NCBI RefSeq assembly: GCF_002105155.1
Contig: NW_019028980.1
Span: forward strand, 62,001 to 126,000
Reading direction: 5' to 3'
Length of the DNA: 64,000 nucleotides
From: Lobosporangium transversale
Taxonomy: Eukaryota
The position numbers and the translations under genes were made by a program. The notes below the pieces were generated by a model. The model ran no database searches. It was not told the DNA's origin and saw only the letters and a list, made by a program, of their open reading frames with translations. This document shows positions 61,427 to 64,000 of this stretch, piece by piece. The number at the start of each line of letters is the position of its first letter. The stretch's first letter is position 1.

Positions 61427-63367
61427 ATGGCTCTCAAAAGGGTTTTTGATACTACAGAGCTTACCCTGTCCATTGGAACGTATCTGAGCCGCAATGATCT
61501 TGTGGCCTGTACTCTGGTCTCCAGCGATTGGAATCATATCTTCACACCTCTTGTTTGGAATAGTCTTATTATCACGACCCCAGCACAAAATGCTGCGTTC
61601 CTTTCAAAAGCAGGGCAGCATGGTCTTTTCATCAATAGCCTTTTAGTACGGTCCCTTGAAACATGCAATGCGGAATCCTTGGAAGCTGCTATGTCACTTC
61701 CCCATTCCCTGACAATAAGCTGGCATAAACTAGCCATACCCGCATCATTCCAATACTCTCTGCCTCCTCCCTTCGAAACATTCACATACCACTCATTAAA
61801 TCTCAAAGCTATCTGGCTCCGTACAAAGGAAAGGCTTCAGTTTGAAAATGAAGCAGAAACACAAGATCTCGAGCAGGCACGGCTTCCATATTTACAGGCG
61901 ATCCTTCTATCCGCCAAACAAATGCTTGCTTGGGAAGCAAAATTGGCAACATTTTTTCAGCAATTAAATGGTCTCAGAATGCTGGATATCATGACCTTCC
62001 CCTTCGATCAAGGTGCCTCTCTTCGAGCAGTTGTGGACTCACTGCCGAGGCTGGAAAGACTACAACTGGCAAACCAGCGTCGAATGAAACCGGACCTAGG
62101 CGCTTTACAGTATTTACTATCGCATTTAGGCAAGTGCATCTCATACTTCGGTTTGTCCGCTTACTTCTGCAGTATTAGCAATGATGCTACAGTTAGCTCT
62201 TCACCATCCGGGGTACCAACATTGCCAATGCTTCCTCGCCTCAATGAAATCCTTATCGATGGCAAGATGCGGGGGCTGGAAGAAGACATGTTCCTGCCAC
62301 TCATTAAGCGCTGTTCGCAACTGAAAAAGATTTCTGTCTCCACTTCATCAACAAGCTTTATTTGGGGTCTTTCAAAGGCACTTAAATCGCACTGTCCTCT
62401 CCTCGACAGCCTGATAGTTGGACACACAGACGCTCCAATTGATGATGAAGACTGTGCCAAATGGCTTGAAGCAAGCCAAGCATGGAAGGAGTTGTCGTTC
62501 CAATGCGTAACAGGATTTGGATCTAGGACTCGGGAGGCTGTACTACAACACTCTTCTACACTGGAATCATTCACGGCAACACGTTGTCTAGGACAACCGC
62601 CATATTTTTTTATGGATATTCTCCAGACCTGCCCGAACTTAAAGAAGCTTAATCCGTTTGACTTTGACTCTAAAGGATTTGCACCTATAAAAGCCCGAGC
62701 TTTCGCTCAAAAACACATTGCTGCCGCAGGATCAATCAAGTTTTTCCGGCTACGAATCGATGCTTCGAATCAATCCTCACTTCAGCAAGAATCAACCGCC
62801 GCTACTCTTCAATCTACGTTGCCTTTGCTGCCTCAGCACAGATTTGCTGGCCCATCAGAGACAAGTCAAATAAACAATGATCATACAGTCACACCAGGGA
62901 ACCCTAAGCGGCCATTACATCGAGAATTGATATCGAATATAGGGGTAAATGGAATTATGGGTTTGCGAAATCAAGCATCAATGACCCATCGCAGCTGTTA
63001 TGGACGTCTTGCAACCATGACAGACCTTGAAGAACTTTGGTTAGGTGATCCAGACATAGATTACATGAACACTGAGACTATGCTGATGACCAAAATGTAC
63101 GATCAGGCACCGCTTGATATCGAACAGACTGTAAACTCTGGGCTTGATTTATCGCTTGAGAGTGGACTAGATTTAATGTCTGGCATGGATAAACTACGAA
63201 TCCTGGGTGTCCATGGTCTTCCACATCGGATAGGAATTGAGGAATTGAGATGGATGGTACGAGAATGGCCTAAGTTGAGAAGGATCCATGGTCTTTTCTG
63301 GAGGAGACAATCACCAGAAATGGTGCAATGGATACAGGAGAATGCACCGTTCCTTCAACATTCATAG
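61427..63367 (+). CDS. F-box-like / LRR (RNI-like) protein (646 aa), intronless
   Basis: Starts VFDTTELTLSIGTYLSRNDLVACTLVSSDWNHIFTPLVW, with LRR-like repeats and a C-terminal LDLSLESGLDLMSGMDKLRIL...ELRWMVREWPKLRRIHGL. TATAAATA lies at 61297. Confidence 0.88.
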   Translation: MALKRVFDTTELTLSIGTYLSRNDLVACTLVSSDWNHIFTPLVWNSLIITTPAQNAAFLSKAGQHGLFINSLLVRSLETCNAESLEAAMSLPHSLTISWHKLAIPASFQYSLPPPFETFTYHSLNLKAIWLRTKERLQFENEAETQDLEQARLPYLQAILLSAKQMLAWEAKLATFFQQLNGLRMLDIMTFPFDQGASLRAVVDSLPRLERLQLANQRRMKPDLGALQYLLSHLGKCISYFGLSAYFCSISNDATVSSSPSGVPTLPMLPRLNEILIDGKMRGLEEDMFLPLIKRCSQLKKISVSTSSTSFIWGLSKALKSHCPLLDSLIVGHTDAPIDDEDCAKWLEASQAWKELSFQCVTGFGSRTREAVLQHSSTLESFTATRCLGQPPYFFMDILQTCPNLKKLNPFDFDSKGFAPIKARAFAQKHIAAAGSIKFFRLRIDASNQSSLQQESTAATLQSTLPLLPQHRFAGPSETSQINNDHTVTPGNPKRPLHRELISNIGVNGIMGLRNQASMTHRSCYGRLATMTDLEELWLGDPDIDYMNTETMLMTKMYDQAPLDIEQTVNSGLDLSLESGLDLMSGMDKLRILGVHGLPHRIGIEELRWMVREWPKLRRIHGLFWRRQSPEMVQWIQENAPFLQHS

Positions 63368-64000
63368 AAACATTGACTATATTTATCAGAGTGATAAATA
63401 GTCTCAAATAAATAAAAGCAAAAATGTCATAGCATCGCCACCGCCACCAATTTTCCTATTGAAAGAAGGCGTGCCTTTGTTCCAGTATTTTCCTTCTCTC
63501 ATTTGTCAACAAGAGATGACTTTGACAGTAGGGCCAACAGTATTCTACGCCATTTGCCAAGAGGCGGGTTTGGTTCTAGGCATGAATGGATCGCCTAACA
63601 TGCTGAATGTAGAGCCTCCTCGATTCCAACGGGACACTGCTCGACTCATTCAGCGAAACTACTCAGGGTCCGATTGTGTTGAATCATTCCTTGAGGGTCT
63701 ACAGGAACATTTAGAAAAACCACAAAACTTACGAGCATGCCTGCTACCTATTTCAAGTTCTTCTGCAGAAAGAATATCTTCGTAAGGCTTTCTTTTTAGG
63801 CAGTATTTATTGCGTCCTATGAAAATACCAATTCATGTAACCTTCAATGATCCTTTTACATTGATAGATTCTCGTTGAATGAGAGTTTAATCCGCATACT
63901 TTTGGGAATTGATATACTTCAACCAGGACTTATGGAAGCTTTACTTGACCAGATATTTGGTTTTCTGAATGATGAGTATGATTTATTTTGAGGCACCTGA

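Noticed and set aside
63459..63785. 108-aa ORF near the window end
   Set aside because: It has a non-ATG start in the track, no recognisable domain, and its context is truncated by the window edge.

Overview
AT-rich, intron-containing eukaryotic DNA with many poly(A/T) tracts and microsatellites. The gene content suggests an early-diverging fungus, probably Mortierellaceae. This assignment is inferred from the intronless F-box/LRR-type genes and a NACHT-WD40-type remnant, and is not proven. About 19 protein-coding genes can be modelled by hand, using GT-AG introns whose phases match. Conserved genes: a NIPA-type Mg2+ transporter, the condensin kleisin (Cnd2/Brn1), a PASK/PIM-like kinase, a metallothionein, a class I methyltransferase, aprataxin (Hnt3), Pol I subunit Rpa34, mitochondrial uL10 and a Mei2-like two-RRM protein. 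Accessory genes: three F-box/LRR genes, an F-box protein with an XPA/Rad14-like C-terminus, two paralogous 2OG-Fe(II) oxygenases 26 kb apart, a ~2,877-aa multi-repeat His-rich protein, a frameshifted secreted beta/gamma-crystallin-like gene and a decayed WD40 gene. I found no tRNA, rRNA, CRISPR array or intact transposon. The best novelty candidates are the giant His-rich repeat protein, the F-box/XPA-like fusion, the crystallin-like gene and the 21-Cys metallothionein. I cannot demonstrate a coherent new multi-gene system from sequence alone. All family calls come from motif recognition by eye, not from database searches.
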